Assembly: GCA_963796105.1 (NCBI GenBank)
Contig: CAWCKJ010000004.1
Coordinates: 960,001 to 1,024,000, forward strand
Direction of reading: 5' to 3'
Length of the DNA: 64,000 bases
From: a candidate division FCPU426 bacterium
GTDB taxonomy: Bacteria; Oederibacteriota; Muellerivitia; Muellerivitales; Muellerivitaceae
Made by a program: the position numbers and the translations under genes. Of the stretch, positions 31,891-42,951 are shown in pieces. The notes below the pieces were generated by a model that was given only the letters and a program-made list of their open reading frames with translations, was not told the DNA's origin and ran no database searches. Numbering within the stretch: the first letter of the stretch is position 1; every line of letters starts with the position of its first letter.

Positions 31891-31940
31891 AAGCCCCAGG
31901 CCGCGGAGACGGGGGTTAAAACAACCTGAGAGGAGAAAAA

Positions 31941-32174
31941 ATGCCGCATGTCATCGTAAAGCTCTATCCAGGAAGGTCGGATCAACAGAAGGCTGAATTG
32001 ACGGAAGCGATCGTGAAAGATGTCACCACCATTGTGAAGTGCGATGAAAAGTCGGTCTCGGTGGCTTTCGAGGAAGTCAGCAAAGAGGATTGGCCTGAGA
32101 AGGTTTACAGGCCCGATATCCTGGACAACATGAAGAACCTAACCAAGAAGCCCGGATACAACCCGTTTGGATAG
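31941..32174 (+). CDS. 4-oxalocrotonate tautomerase family protein (PptA-like)
   Basis: N-terminal Pro (MPHVIVK), GRSDQQK, SVSVAFEEV; AGGAG RBS. Confidence 0.9.
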   Translation: MPHVIVKLYPGRSDQQKAELTEAIVKDVTTIVKCDEKSVSVAFEEVSKEDWPEKVYRPDILDNMKNLTKKPGYNPFG

Positions 32175-32218
32175 AAGGGTTTTTTCCGCCTGAAGAATAT
32201 TCCTCCTAATGACAAATC

Positions 32219-32238
32219 GTACGTTATGTGGTACGTTA
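32219..32238 (+). promoter_or_regulatory. Putative YefM autorepression operator (GTACGTTA x2)
   Basis: Repeated GTAC-core sites 12 bp apart just upstream of the antitoxin RBS. Confidence 0.5.
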
Positions 32239-32253
32239 CAGATGGAGGACTTC

Positions 32254-32496
32254 ATGACCACTTTAACTGCCAGCTCAGCCCGGGCCAATTTGTACAAACT
32301 TCTGGACCAGACCGCGAAGAACCACGAACCCGTGCAAATCACAGGTAAAAGGAATAATGGTATCCTTGTTTCCGAGGAGGATTGGAGGGCCATCCAGGAA
32401 ACCCTCTACTTGTTATCCATTCCCGGGATGCGGGAATCCATCCGCAAAGGGTTGAAAACTCCCGTCTCAAAACTCTCCAAAAAGATCCAATGGTAA
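32254..32496 (+). CDS. yefM: Phd/YefM antitoxin
   Basis: ARANLYKLLD..HEPVQITGKR..W.AIQETLYLLSIPGMRESI. Confidence 0.92.
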   Translation: MTTLTASSARANLYKLLDQTAKNHEPVQITGKRNNGILVSEEDWRAIQETLYLLSIPGMRESIRKGLKTPVSKLSKKIQW

Positions 32497-32757
32497 ATTG
32501 GAAGCTTCGCTACACGAAACAAGCGTTGAAAGACGCGAAGAAAATCTCGACGGCGGGTTTAAGGACCAAAGTCCAAAACCTCCTGGATTTATTGGCGGAA
32601 GATACCCTACGGGCAGCCGCCCCCCTTTGAGAAGCTGGTTGGGGATTTTGAAGGCGCTTATTCCCGTAGAATCAATATCCACCATCGGCTGGTTTATCAA
32701 ATCCTGAAAGAAAGCAAGATAGTTAAAGTGATCCGGATGTGGACGCATTACGATTGA
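32490..32757 (+). pseudogene. yoeB: Txe/YoeB toxin with a 1-nt insertion near 32604
   Basis: Removing one base gives ..AEDPYGQPPPFEKLVGDFEGAYSRRINIHHRLVYQ..IRMWTHYD*. Confidence 0.85.
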
Positions 32758-32824
32758 AGCAACGTAAAAAGTGGTCAGTGTAGACTAATAGCCGGTGAAG
32801 AAATAATAAGCGACGGAGTGAGTA

Positions 32825-33973
32825 ATGGGATCGGGTGAAATGGATCTGGTGACATGGATGAGAGAAAAAGCCCTTCCCCTATGGGCCGCGCGGGGCGTGG
32901 ACAGGGAAAAGGGCGGTTTTGTGGAGGAACTCAACCAGGATGGGAGCTCCTCCAGCGTTGCCTTCAAGAGGGTCCGGGTCCAGGGCCGCCAGCTTTACTC
33001 CTTTTCCATCGCGGCGTTGTTGGGTTGGAACAAGGAAGCGGCCGGCATTGCCGGCCTGGGTTATGAGTACATCAAGAAACACTGCCGGGGCAAGGACGGC
33101 ACTTGGGTGAGACAGCTTTCCCGCGACGGCTCCGTCCTCGACCCGCGGATCGATCTATACGACACCGCCTTTATTGTGCTGGGCCTGATCACCTATTACC
33201 GCCTGACCAAAAATTCCGAGGCCCTGTCGCTGGTGGAGGAAACCCTCCGCATGGTCCAGGCCAAGCTGGTAGCCGGCTCGCACTGGGGGTACCGGCAAAC
33301 AGCGGACGAAAAGGACCTATTGCGCCAGAACCCGAACATGCACTGGTTCGAGTGCATGCTTTTCTGCTACGAGGCCACGCAGGATTCCCGGTTTCTCGAT
33401 GAGGTCTCGAAGTTCTATAAACGCATGGAAGAGTCGGTTATCGATGCTAAAACCGGCGTTCTGCGCGAGCTTTTCGACAACCAATGGAAGCCGATCCAGG
33501 AGGGGGGAAAGATTCTGGCGGAGCCGGGCCACCATTACGAATGGACCTGGCTGTTCAACCGGGCCTCCGGCAAAATCGCCGTGAATCCCGCCTTGATGAC
33601 GGCCATCGCGAGTTTCGCCGACCGGTACGGGGTGAACGCTAAGACAGGACTAGCCTATGACCAGGTGAGCGACCAGGGGGAATTGACCCAGCCTACCCAT
33701 CGTCTCTGGGTCCAAACGGAAGCCCTCAAGGCCTGGCTGGTGCGGAAGGACGTCGATGAACCGGCCCGGACCAAGCGGGTCAACCAGATCGAATCCAACC
33801 TGATGAAATTCTATCTCACCCGCGAACCCAGGGGCACCTGGGGCGACCGCCTCGACGCGGACGGGAGGAGTCAGCCCAGCCAGGTTCCCGCAAGCTCGAT
33901 GTACCACGTCATGGTGTGCGTGACGGAGCTTTGGGCCTGGCGCTCGACCCAATCGCGGACTGGCATTCATTGA
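32825..33973 (+). CDS. AGE-family epimerase/isomerase (type III mannose-6-phosphate isomerase-like)
   Basis: RVRVQGRQLY, DLYDTAF, QNPNMH, EPGHHYEW, RLWVQTE, ASSMYH. Confidence 0.88.
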   Translation: MGSGEMDLVTWMREKALPLWAARGVDREKGGFVEELNQDGSSSSVAFKRVRVQGRQLYSFSIAALLGWNKEAAGIAGLGYEYIKKHCRGKDGTWVRQLSRDGSVLDPRIDLYDTAFIVLGLITYYRLTKNSEALSLVEETLRMVQAKLVAGSHWGYRQTADEKDLLRQNPNMHWFECMLFCYEATQDSRFLDEVSKFYKRMEESVIDAKTGVLRELFDNQWKPIQEGGKILAEPGHHYEWTWLFNRASGKIAVNPALMTAIASFADRYGVNAKTGLAYDQVSDQGELTQPTHRLWVQTEALKAWLVRKDVDEPARTKRVNQIESNLMKFYLTREPRGTWGDRLDADGRSQPSQVPASSMYHVMVCVTELWAWRSTQSRTGIH

Positions 33974-34222
33974 GGGTTGTTTATGTTATTTGGGAAAAAT
34001 AATTCCTCATTCGAATAATTCGCGAGAGTCCTGTGGGTTAATTCCCACTAAGAACTTCTAACAGATATCATTTTTCACCACAGGTTCTTACAGAACCACA
34101 AAGACACAGTAGAATAAAACCTCAACGTTTTTAGGCTATAAACCCAACAACTTACTTCGGTGCGAAGCCCCACGGTTTAAAGAAGTAATTTTTTTTAGCC
34201 TCACTAAATGTCTTTTGCCTGA

Positions 34223-34621
<399 letters not shown>

Positions 34622-34739
34622 GTTTATTCAAGGAAAAGGATTATTTAAACTGGGGTTGCTTCCTCGTTGACGTCCGCCTATTCGGCGGACACTCGTCGCA
34701 ATGACAACTACAAAAAACCTATTTCATTTAAGGAAATAA

Positions 34740-37700
34740 ATGGATTTTTCTCTTATTTCTTTCTTCCTCCCGCCCGAGGCGCCCCCTAAGGCCGAAATCC
34801 AGCGGGTCCTCAAGCCCTATGGATTCAAGAATCCGTCAAAAATTTGGAAGGAACTTTCGGCCCTAAGCCAAAACGCGTTTGACCGAGAGGCCTGGGCCGA
34901 GTGCCTGCCCCTCATGCTTCCCGAGTTTTCCGAGGCGCCCGATCCCGACCTGGCGGTCACCCAGTTCGCCGACTACGCGGAAAAATCCTTCCACCGCTCC
35001 CAACTCTACCAGTACCTCGCGCGGGTCCCCCAGGCCCGGAAAGTCCTGGCCAAAATCCTGGGCTTCAGCCCCTACCTGGCCTCCATCCTCAACCAGGAAC
35101 CGGGCCTGCTTTACTGGCTCCTGGACGAGGACGGCCTCTACGCGCGGTTCTCCAAGGAACGCCAGGTGGAAACCTTGGAGCGGGAAACGGGAGCCATCGA
35201 TGATTTCGAGGGGAAACTGAACGCCTCCAGGAGGGTGAAGCGGCGCCAGATGCTCCGGCTCGGCGGGCGGGACCTGTTAGGCCTTTGCGACGTGAAGAGC
35301 CTCACCTTGGAGCTTTCCGGCTTGGCCGACGCGCTCCTGGAAACGGTCCTGGAGGCGGGGAAGGGAAAACTGGCGAAATCCGGAATCCCGGAACCGGATG
35401 GCAGGTTCGTGGTCATCGGAATGGGCAAGCTGGGGGGCAATGAGCTCAATTACTGCTCCGACGTGGACCTCCTTTTCATCTACGAAACCTCCCCCCTTTC
35501 CAAGGTCCAGGGCGAGGAAGCCAGGAAATATTACAACGAGTTAGCCGAGTGGATCATCCATTCCATGCAGGACTCCAGCTCCCTCGGTAATTTGTTCAAG
35601 GTGGACATGCGCCTTCGGCCCGAGGGGTTGGGGGACATGGCGAAATCCTTGGACGCCTACCTGGAGCATTACGAGTCCCGGAGCCAGCTCTGGGAACTGC
35701 AAGCCCTGATCAAGGCCAGGCCCTGCGCCGGGGACTTGGATTTGGGGAGACAATTCCTGAAAGATATGGAGCCCCTGATTTTCCGGAAGAGTTTCGATTC
35801 CCAAATGCTCCGCGAGATGCGGGAAGTCATGGTGCTCATCAAGAAAAAGATGGAGGGGATGGGGAGGCAGAAGACCCAGGTCAAGCTGGGGAAGGGGGGC
35901 ATCCGCGAGATCGAGTACATAGTCCAGCTTTTCCAGCTGGCCCACGGGGGATTGAAGCCCCAGATCCGGGAAGCCAATACCCTGGAGGCCCTGGAAAAAC
36001 TGGCTCTGGAGGGCCTTCTTTTGAAAGCCGACGCCCAATTCCTCGCGGAGTCCTACCGCTTTCTCCGCAACGCCGAGCATCACCTGCAGATGGTCCAAGG
36101 CCTTCAAACCCACACCCTGCCACGGAAGATCGAGGATTTGCGGAGTTTGGCCCGCTCCCTCGGCTTCAAGGGGGACCCTGAGGAGGTCACCCGGCTTTTC
36201 AGGGCCCATTACTCGGATTTAACCTCCCGGGTCAACCATCTTTACCAGGAAGCCTTCCAGATCAAGACCAGGACGGATGTCTCCTCCCTGGTGGTCCAGG
36301 CCTCGCTGGCCGACGACCGGGAGGAATTGGAAAGATTATTGGAGGGAAAATTATTTTTCGACCCAAGCCAAGCGGCCTCCAACCTCCTGGCGCTGGCGCG
36401 AAGGCTCAAACGTTCGACGGGGACGAAGGGCGAAATCCTTTGGGCCGGCTTCGTGCCGGAGGTGTTCAAGGGCCTGGCGAAAATCCCCCATCCGGACAGG
36501 GCCTTGAACCAGTTGGAAAGTTTCCTAAACGCGACCTCCCTGCCGGACCTTTATATCCGTTACCTCTTGGGAAACCACCTGATGCTCCACCTGCTCCTGG
36601 AGCTTTTTTCCAACAGTCTTTTCCTCTCGCAAGTCCTCATCGCCCATCCGGGCAATTTCGACATCGTGCAGAGGGCCATCAACGAGAGGGCGCCCCGGGC
36701 GGTCCAGGATCTCCAGGAAAACCTGGAGGACCGGATGTCCCAGGCCCAGGACTGGGAGGGGCGCTTGAGCCTCCTGAGGGAAATCCGGGATGGCGAGGCC
36801 TTGAGGGTGGGCCTCCAGGACCTCCTGGGAAGAAGGGAGCTTTTCGATTGCTTCGCGGAGCTTTCACGGCTGGCCGTGGCGGTCAGCCGTTCCGCCCTGG
36901 GGGCCTCGGCGGACAAACTGGGGTTTCCCTGCTCGACCCAAAGGCCCTGCGCCCCCAAGGGTTTCTGCGTGATGGGCATGGGAAAACTGGGCGCCCGGGA
37001 GATGAATTACGGCTCGGACCTGGATGTCCTTTTCATCTATAGCGACGAGGACGCCCGGGAACACGGTTTCGAGAATTACCTGAAACTATCGGAGACTTTC
37101 ACTACCGCCCTGGCGGCGCCCACCCCCCAGGGCATCGCCTACCAGGTGGACGCGAGGCTCCGGCCCATGGGCCGGGAGGCCCAGATGGTCCACTCGGTGG
37201 GGGCTTACCGGGACTATTTCCGGAATCACGCCATGGCGGCTGAAAGACTAGCCTATACCCGCTGTTCCTTCCTCGCGGGCGACTTGAAAACGGCCGCTGA
37301 GGCGGAGAAGGAAATAGCCCTCTTCACCTATGGGCGGGGCTTGAGGCGGAAGGAATGGGAAGAGATCCTGGACATCCGGGGTCAAATGGAGCAAAAAGCC
37401 AAAAAATCAAAAGGCTTGGAAATCAAGGTTTCACCTGGCGGAATCTCGGACATCGAGTTTTTCACGCAAACCCTCCAGGTCGCCCTTGGCCACGACCATC
37501 CCAGGATCAGGGCGCCACACTTGCCTACCGCCTTGGCCCGCCTGAAAGAGGAAAGATTGGTTCCGTTGGAAGTGCTGGAGGAATTGCTGGAGGCCTACGG
37601 GTTTTTCCGGCTCCTGGAGGCGAGGCACCGCATGGTGCGGGAAACATCCGACGATGAGCTTCCCGAGGAGCCGGAAAGGCTTTTACGGCTGGCCTGGCGC

Positions 37701-37820
37701 ACGGGCCTGGGGCGCGGGAAAGAAGCCGCCGGGCACCTTGTGGAAAGGGTGGAAAAAACCCAGGAAAGAGTGAGAGGACTTTTCAAAAGACTGCCGGAGT
37801 GGATCAGGTTCGAGGATTAA
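34740..37820 (+). CDS. glnE: Bifunctional glutamine synthetase adenylyltransferase/deadenylylase
   Basis: Two NT domains GMGKLGGNELNYCSDVDL and GMGKLGAREMNYGSDLDV; VDMRLRPEG; GGIREIEY. Confidence 0.93.
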   Translation: MDFSLISFFLPPEAPPKAEIQRVLKPYGFKNPSKIWKELSALSQNAFDREAWAECLPLMLPEFSEAPDPDLAVTQFADYAEKSFHRSQLYQYLARVPQARKVLAKILGFSPYLASILNQEPGLLYWLLDEDGLYARFSKERQVETLERETGAIDDFEGKLNASRRVKRRQMLRLGGRDLLGLCDVKSLTLELSGLADALLETVLEAGKGKLAKSGIPEPDGRFVVIGMGKLGGNELNYCSDVDLLFIYETSPLSKVQGEEARKYYNELAEWIIHSMQDSSSLGNLFKVDMRLRPEGLGDMAKSLDAYLEHYESRSQLWELQALIKARPCAGDLDLGRQFLKDMEPLIFRKSFDSQMLREMREVMVLIKKKMEGMGRQKTQVKLGKGGIREIEYIVQLFQLAHGGLKPQIREANTLEALEKLALEGLLLKADAQFLAESYRFLRNAEHHLQMVQGLQTHTLPRKIEDLRSLARSLGFKGDPEEVTRLFRAHYSDLTSRVNHLYQEAFQIKTRTDVSSLVVQASLADDREELERLLEGKLFFDPSQAASNLLALARRLKRSTGTKGEILWAGFVPEVFKGLAKIPHPDRALNQLESFLNATSLPDLYIRYLLGNHLMLHLLLELFSNSLFLSQVLIAHPGNFDIVQRAINERAPRAVQDLQENLEDRMSQAQDWEGRLSLLREIRDGEALRVGLQDLLGRRELFDCFAELSRLAVAVSRSALGASADKLGFPCSTQRPCAPKGFCVMGMGKLGAREMNYGSDLDVLFIYSDEDAREHGFENYLKLSETFTTALAAPTPQGIAYQVDARLRPMGREAQMVHSVGAYRDYFRNHAMAAERLAYTRCSFLAGDLKTAAEAEKEIALFTYGRGLRRKEWEEILDIRGQMEQKAKKSKGLEIKVSPGGISDIEFFTQTLQVALGHDHPRIRAPHLPTALARLKEERLVPLEVLEELLEAYGFFRLLEARHRMVRETSDDELPEEPERLLRLAWRTGLGRGKEAAGHLVERVEKTQERVRGLFKRLPEWIRFED

Positions 37821-38019
37821 AAAATTTTTACCACGGGTTCCTTCGGAACCACAAAGTTACACAGTAATGAAAAAATTAAAATTTTGACTTTACCTGTTGA
37901 GAACTCAACTCTTCAGCGCAATGGCTACTGCGCGGGGTGAGGAACCGCGGCGGCAGACCTATAATTTTGTTGTAAGTTAAAGAAATCTCAAATTTTCGCA
38001 AGAGCTTAATTTTAGGTAA

Positions 38020-39726
38020 CTAATAACTTCGGAGAATGAGGAACTTTCCCTTGGCCAGGAACTGCCCCCCTTGGACCACCGCGTAGAAGTAAATTCCCGC
38101 AGACACGTTCACCCCGCTCTTGTTCTTGCCGTCCCACTGGGCGATTCCCGCGGTTTCGCCGACCGTGTTCACCAATTCCCCCGAGACGGTGTAGAAGGAG
38201 ACTGTCGCGCCGGGGGGAATGCAGTCCAGCTTCAAGTACTTGAAGGCGGCCACTTGGGGGTTGTAGGGGTCCGGCCAAAGGTGGATCTGGCAGGTGTTGA
38301 CGGGCGGAGGGGGAGGGCCCGGGCCGGTATAGGGCGTGGGCGTGAAGGTCGGGGTGAAGGTCACGGTGGGGGTGGGGATTTGCTGGAGCACGACACCCCC
38401 GGGATAACCATAGGCGTCCGCGCTGGCGAAGCCGTAGGCAACGACGCCGAAGGGCGAGCCGGCGGGGCCCGTGAGTTGGTGGGGGGCTCCTGAGACCGGA
38501 ACTTGGGCGCCGGAATAGGTCCCGGCTCCAATGGGGGAAAAGGAACCAGCGGGTATGGCGGCCCCATCCAAGGATATGGAGCCTACCGCGGAGGTGGGCG
38601 CCACGATGTTCTCATAGTTGATGGGGAACAAGTTCACGGGGGGATTCCCGATCAGGTAATCCGTGTCGTATCCGGTGACCGGGGGAACGGCGATCATGGC
38701 GGGGTCGGCATTGGTGTCGGGGTTTGGATCAGGGTAAGTGTCAAAGCTGTCACTGTTGGCGTACTGCGCGACAAAAATGGGGTAATTGGAAATGATTTCC
38801 GAGGGTTGGGTCAATTCCTGCTGGTAAACCTCCCCCGCTTTAAGAGGATTCAATAAAACGTTCGAGCCGTTGATCGTAAAGGTGGTTCCTTTCTGGGAAG
38901 CGGTGATCTTGACCGTGTCCCCATTACTCCTGGTGGCCAAGGGAAGGGTGAAAAAATCCGTGCCCCAATCCGACAGGGGCCAGAGTTCCTGGACCAGGGG
39001 ATTGCACGTGAAGTCATTGCTGAGAAAAACAGGAACCACCTCGCAACGGTTCCCCCCGAACACGGCGATTGGGGTTTTGGGGCTTGTGGTGATCATGGTG
39101 CCGCTCAAGTCGTCCCCGATGTTCACGGCCTGCAATTGGTAGGTGTCTCCCTGGTTCAGGCTGATGACATAGGGTTGATTGGCGGTCCTGGTCCCCACCG
39201 TGATGGAGGGCTTGATGGTCACGGAAGTACTGCTCGCGGTTCCCACGACCGTGAAGAGGCTGGATGTCGAATTAACCTTGTAAGTACAGACCATGTAACT
39301 GTCCCCCAGGCCGCTCGTAGGAAGCCCCAGGAAGCCGTAGGAGTTTTCAACCAGGTAGTTCAAACCGTAAACCGCGGCTATACCGGAGGAAACCGTGACG
39401 TGGATGCCCTGGGGGGTGGCGGGGATATCCCGGCCGGTGACGATCAGGCTGGGGGGGACCGCCACGGCCGCCATGGACCCGGCAGGAACCGTAAAAGGGG
39501 CGGAGAAGCCAGAACCCGCCACCACACCGGCCGCGCCCGCCTCGCTGGTGATGAGGAGCTGTGGAACGCTGGTGCCGGAGTCGATGTTATTGGGAAAAGC
39601 CACCCAAAAATCGGTCCCCTTGTTGGTGGTAGCGGACTTGGCGTTAGGAGGGAGTGAAAAGCAACAAGCGATCACCAGAAAAAAGAGAAAGGACCCTCTC
39701 GAAAGTTGGTTGAGGAAGGAATTCAT
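38020..39726 (-). CDS. Secreted IgGFc-binding-domain protein with TP linker and FlgD/T9SS-CTD-like domain
   Basis: GTDFWVAF, PIAVFGG, DPAM..VPP, YGF...DAYGYPGG; WPDPYNP..WDGKN.SG..VSAGIYFY. Confidence 0.85.
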   Translation of the reverse strand: MNSFLNQLSRGSFLFFLVIACCFSLPPNAKSATTNKGTDFWVAFPNNIDSGTSVPQLLITSEAGAAGVVAGSGFSAPFTVPAGSMAAVAVPPSLIVTGRDIPATPQGIHVTVSSGIAAVYGLNYLVENSYGFLGLPTSGLGDSYMVCTYKVNSTSSLFTVVGTASSTSVTIKPSITVGTRTANQPYVISLNQGDTYQLQAVNIGDDLSGTMITTSPKTPIAVFGGNRCEVVPVFLSNDFTCNPLVQELWPLSDWGTDFFTLPLATRSNGDTVKITASQKGTTFTINGSNVLLNPLKAGEVYQQELTQPSEIISNYPIFVAQYANSDSFDTYPDPNPDTNADPAMIAVPPVTGYDTDYLIGNPPVNLFPINYENIVAPTSAVGSISLDGAAIPAGSFSPIGAGTYSGAQVPVSGAPHQLTGPAGSPFGVVAYGFASADAYGYPGGVVLQQIPTPTVTFTPTFTPTPYTGPGPPPPPVNTCQIHLWPDPYNPQVAAFKYLKLDCIPPGATVSFYTVSGELVNTVGETAGIAQWDGKNKSGVNVSAGIYFYAVVQGGQFLAKGKFLILRSY

Positions 39727-40076
39727 AAATGATTTTCACCAATACACTTTCCCGCCGGAATTGAGTCGAATCAAATTGAAACCTCTGAAAAACTATTAAA
39801 AAGCGGCCAACAGAGGTTTCGACCCCAAAGATTTCCGCAGGAAATCGTGGGGTTTCCAGAATTCGTTTTCTGAATAAGGAGGCGATAGCCGACTTTTTCA
39901 GAGTTTACAAATTATAACATAGTTAAGAAGGGGGCTATGAATCCAGGGGTTCCGAAAAGTATTAGGCGGAAAGTAAATTGGGATTGTCTCAAATTTAACC
40001 TAAGCCTCAAGGGTTTGAGTTAAGGAAAACAACAGCTTGCGGTTTTGCCGGGCTGTTCCGGTGGCTATAACCGGGC

Positions 40077-40316
40077 TTACAGGGATTTGTGGGTCCCGTC
40101 GCAATAGGGCGCGTTTTTGGTTTGCTTGCATTGGCAAAGAAAAACGGTTTTGGCCGCCTCCGCCTTGAATACGAGGGGTTTGAACTCGGTTGTTTTATGG
40201 TGACCGTCACAGAAGGGCTGTTTCTCCGAAAGCCCGCAGGCGCACCAAGCGTAAGATTTTCCAGCCTCCACGTCCACTTTGGCGGGAAATTTAGCGGCTA
40301 TTTTCGCTTCACTCAT
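40077..40316 (-). CDS. CDGSH iron-sulfur domain protein (two motifs)
   Basis: WCACGLSEKQPFCDGHH and LCQCKQTKNAPYCDGTH; GGAGG RBS. Confidence 0.92.
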   Translation of the reverse strand: MSEAKIAAKFPAKVDVEAGKSYAWCACGLSEKQPFCDGHHKTTEFKPLVFKAEAAKTVFLCQCKQTKNAPYCDGTHKSL

Positions 40317-40459
40317 TATATTTCCTCCTGATTTTATCCAATATGTAAACGCAATCTTACGACTTGTCCCAAAGGAAGGAAAGTGCCCCTCAAGGATTTG
40401 GTTTATTTTTATGTTACAAAAGGGTAATCTTTTTAGCACTTTTGATGAAAGAGAGTTTC

Positions 40460-41110
40460 ATGAGCCGTTTTCTTCTCATTGGATTCATCTCCCTTTTCAT
40501 CCTGGGGAGTCCCTCGGGCGCTTTAAAAGCCCAGGATGACGAGCAGCCCCGGATGAAGGTCCTGGACGTGAAGGGGTTCGTGTCCGTATTCAGGGACGAG
40601 ACGGATGAGACGAGCCGGCTTCATACCGGCCAGAGCGTGGACGACGGAGACCAGGTTACTACGGGCCACGGGAGCGAGGCTGTCTTTCGGCTTTCGGGAA
40701 GGGCCTATATCCACCTGGCCCAGGACACCAAGTTTCAAATCTCCCGGTTAAGGTACATCGAGCCCAGGAAACTTCTCTGCAGGCTTCACCTGATCGAGGG
40801 CAGGATGATCACCATGCTGGACAAATCCCCCAAATTTCCCTTCGAGGTAACGGCCGGCCCCGTCTCCTGCCGGATCCACGGCAAGCTTTTCGAGTTCATC
40901 CGCCAGAAGGACCAGGTCCGCATCCTTTCCCACGAGGGCGCGGTCGTGGCTGGAAGCCACGGGAAAGTGGAAATGGGGAAAAAAGGCCAGGTCATGGTCT
41001 ATGTCAACGGAAGGTTCAAGGACAAGTACCTATTTCCCGTCGAGGACGAGGCTGACATGGAGGAATGGCGGGAGCACCTGCACTCGATCCGGACAAGGCG
41101 CCATAAATAG
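40460..41110 (+). CDS. Secreted FecR-domain protein
   Basis: Signal peptide; VKGFVSV..L.TGQSV.DGDQVTTG.GSEA. Confidence 0.7.
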   Translation: MSRFLLIGFISLFILGSPSGALKAQDDEQPRMKVLDVKGFVSVFRDETDETSRLHTGQSVDDGDQVTTGHGSEAVFRLSGRAYIHLAQDTKFQISRLRYIEPRKLLCRLHLIEGRMITMLDKSPKFPFEVTAGPVSCRIHGKLFEFIRQKDQVRILSHEGAVVAGSHGKVEMGKKGQVMVYVNGRFKDKYLFPVEDEADMEEWREHLHSIRTRRHK

Positions 41111-41236
41111 CGGGTTTCATCTTTCTGGGCCTGGTGTGTTGAAAGCTCCTTGACTCTCCATTCAAATCATCCGACAATTGCCCTCCTTAAAAACATCCAT
41201 GGCTGGAAACAGCCAATATCAACATGAGGCGTTTTA

Positions 41237-42898
41237 ATGATTTCAACGAGAGACCTTACCCTTCGTTTCGGCAAAAAGACACTGTTTGACAGCGTCACGG
41301 TCAAGTTCAATCCCGGCTATTGCTATGGGCTGATCGGGGCCAATGGCGCCGGGAAATCCACCTTCATCAAGATCCTGGCGGGGCAGATCAAGCCGGACGA
41401 GGGCGAAGTGGCGGTGGATAAGGGGGTCCGGGTCGGGCTCCTGAAGCAGGACCAATACGCTTTCGAGGAATTCACGGTCTTGGACACGGTTTTGATGGGG
41501 CGGGAGGACCTCTGGAAGATCCAGCGCGAGAAGGACGCCCTTTACGCGAAGCCCCACATGACCCACGACGAGGGCTTGAGGGCCGCGGAACTGGAGGCCC
41601 AATTCGGGGATATGGACGGTTACGCCGTGACCGCGGCCGCGGGAGAATTGCTGGAGGGCCTCGGGATCGAGACCGCCAAGCATGATTGGACCATGAAACA
41701 GCTCACCGGAGGATGGAAAATAAGGGTCCTCCTGGCCCAGGTGCTTTACGCCAAGCCGGACGTCCTTCTCCTGGACGAGCCCACCAACCACTTGGACATC
41801 CGGACCATCGACTGGCTGGAAGACTATTTGAACGGCTACGACGGAACCATCATCGTCATTTCCCACGACCGGCACTTCCTGAACCATGTCTGCACCCATA
41901 TCGCCGATGTGGACCGGCAAAAGGTCACGATCTACACGGGCGATTACGACTTTTTCGTCCTCGCCTCCCAGCAGACGCTCGACCAGAAACTCTCCGAGAA
42001 CGCCCGTAAGGAAAAGCACATCGCCGAACTCAAGGTCTTCATCGCCAGGTTCTCCGCGAACGCCTCCAAGAGCGCCCAGGCCTCCAGCAGGGCCAGGTTA
42101 CTGGAGAAAATCGAGCTGGAGGAGATCATTCCCTCCTCCCGCCAGTATCCAAGGCTTTATTTCAAGGATAAGCAGGGCAGCGGGAAGGATATTTTGAACG
42201 TCAAGAGCATCAGCAAGTCCTATGGGGATTTGAAGGTGATAAAGAAGATCAGTTTTATCGTGGGGAGCGGGGACAAGATGGCCATCATCGGGCCCAACGG
42301 GGTGGGGAAGACCACCTTGATCAAGTGCCTGCTGGGCGGCTACCAGGCCGAGGGTTCGGCTATTGCCCAATGGGGCTTGAAGGCCGACGAGGGGCAGGCG
42401 GTGTGGGGAAGCACCGTGCGGCTTTCCAGCATGCCCCAGGACGTGAAAGACGAGTTGACGCAGGATATGACCGCATTGGAGTGGCTCCGGCAGTTCGCGC
42501 CATTGGAAGAGGGCCAGGTCATCCGGGGGATGCTGGGACGCATGCTCTTTTCCGGGGAGGAGCAGGAGAAAAAAGTTCAGGTCCTTTCAGGGGGGGAATG
42601 CCAGAGGATGGTTCTGGCCCGGCTCATGCTGGAGGGGGGGAATGTCCTGATCCTGGATGAGCCCACCAACCATATGGACTTGGAATCCATCGAGTCCTTG
42701 AGCAAGGCCATGGATGAGTACGCGGGTACCGTTATTTTCTCGTCACATGACCAGAACCTGATCGACAAGGTGGCCAACCGGATCTTGGAACTGAAAATGG
42801 ACGGCACTTACACGGACTTCAAGGGCCGGTACGCCGAATACCTGGAATACCAGGCCAGGGAAGCAAGATTGAAAAGGGAAAAAGCGGGGAAAAAGTAA
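41237..42898 (+). CDS. ABC-F family ATPase (YbiT-like)
   Basis: Two NBDs (GANGAGKST, GPNGVGKTT), LLDEPTNHLD, no TM segments. Confidence 0.93.
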   Translation: MISTRDLTLRFGKKTLFDSVTVKFNPGYCYGLIGANGAGKSTFIKILAGQIKPDEGEVAVDKGVRVGLLKQDQYAFEEFTVLDTVLMGREDLWKIQREKDALYAKPHMTHDEGLRAAELEAQFGDMDGYAVTAAAGELLEGLGIETAKHDWTMKQLTGGWKIRVLLAQVLYAKPDVLLLDEPTNHLDIRTIDWLEDYLNGYDGTIIVISHDRHFLNHVCTHIADVDRQKVTIYTGDYDFFVLASQQTLDQKLSENARKEKHIAELKVFIARFSANASKSAQASSRARLLEKIELEEIIPSSRQYPRLYFKDKQGSGKDILNVKSISKSYGDLKVIKKISFIVGSGDKMAIIGPNGVGKTTLIKCLLGGYQAEGSAIAQWGLKADEGQAVWGSTVRLSSMPQDVKDELTQDMTALEWLRQFAPLEEGQVIRGMLGRMLFSGEEQEKKVQVLSGGECQRMVLARLMLEGGNVLILDEPTNHMDLESIESLSKAMDEYAGTVIFSSHDQNLIDKVANRILELKMDGTYTDFKGRYAEYLEYQAREARLKREKAGKK

Positions 42899-42951
42899 CG
42901 GAATTTCCGGGACGGGAGCATGAATCGAAATTAACCATCAGCCGGATGCGC

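Noticed and set aside
39778..39910. Hairpin-rich leader of the IgGFc-domain gene as a riboswitch
   Set aside because: Several inverted repeats are visible but no recognisable aptamer and no second copy; insufficient support
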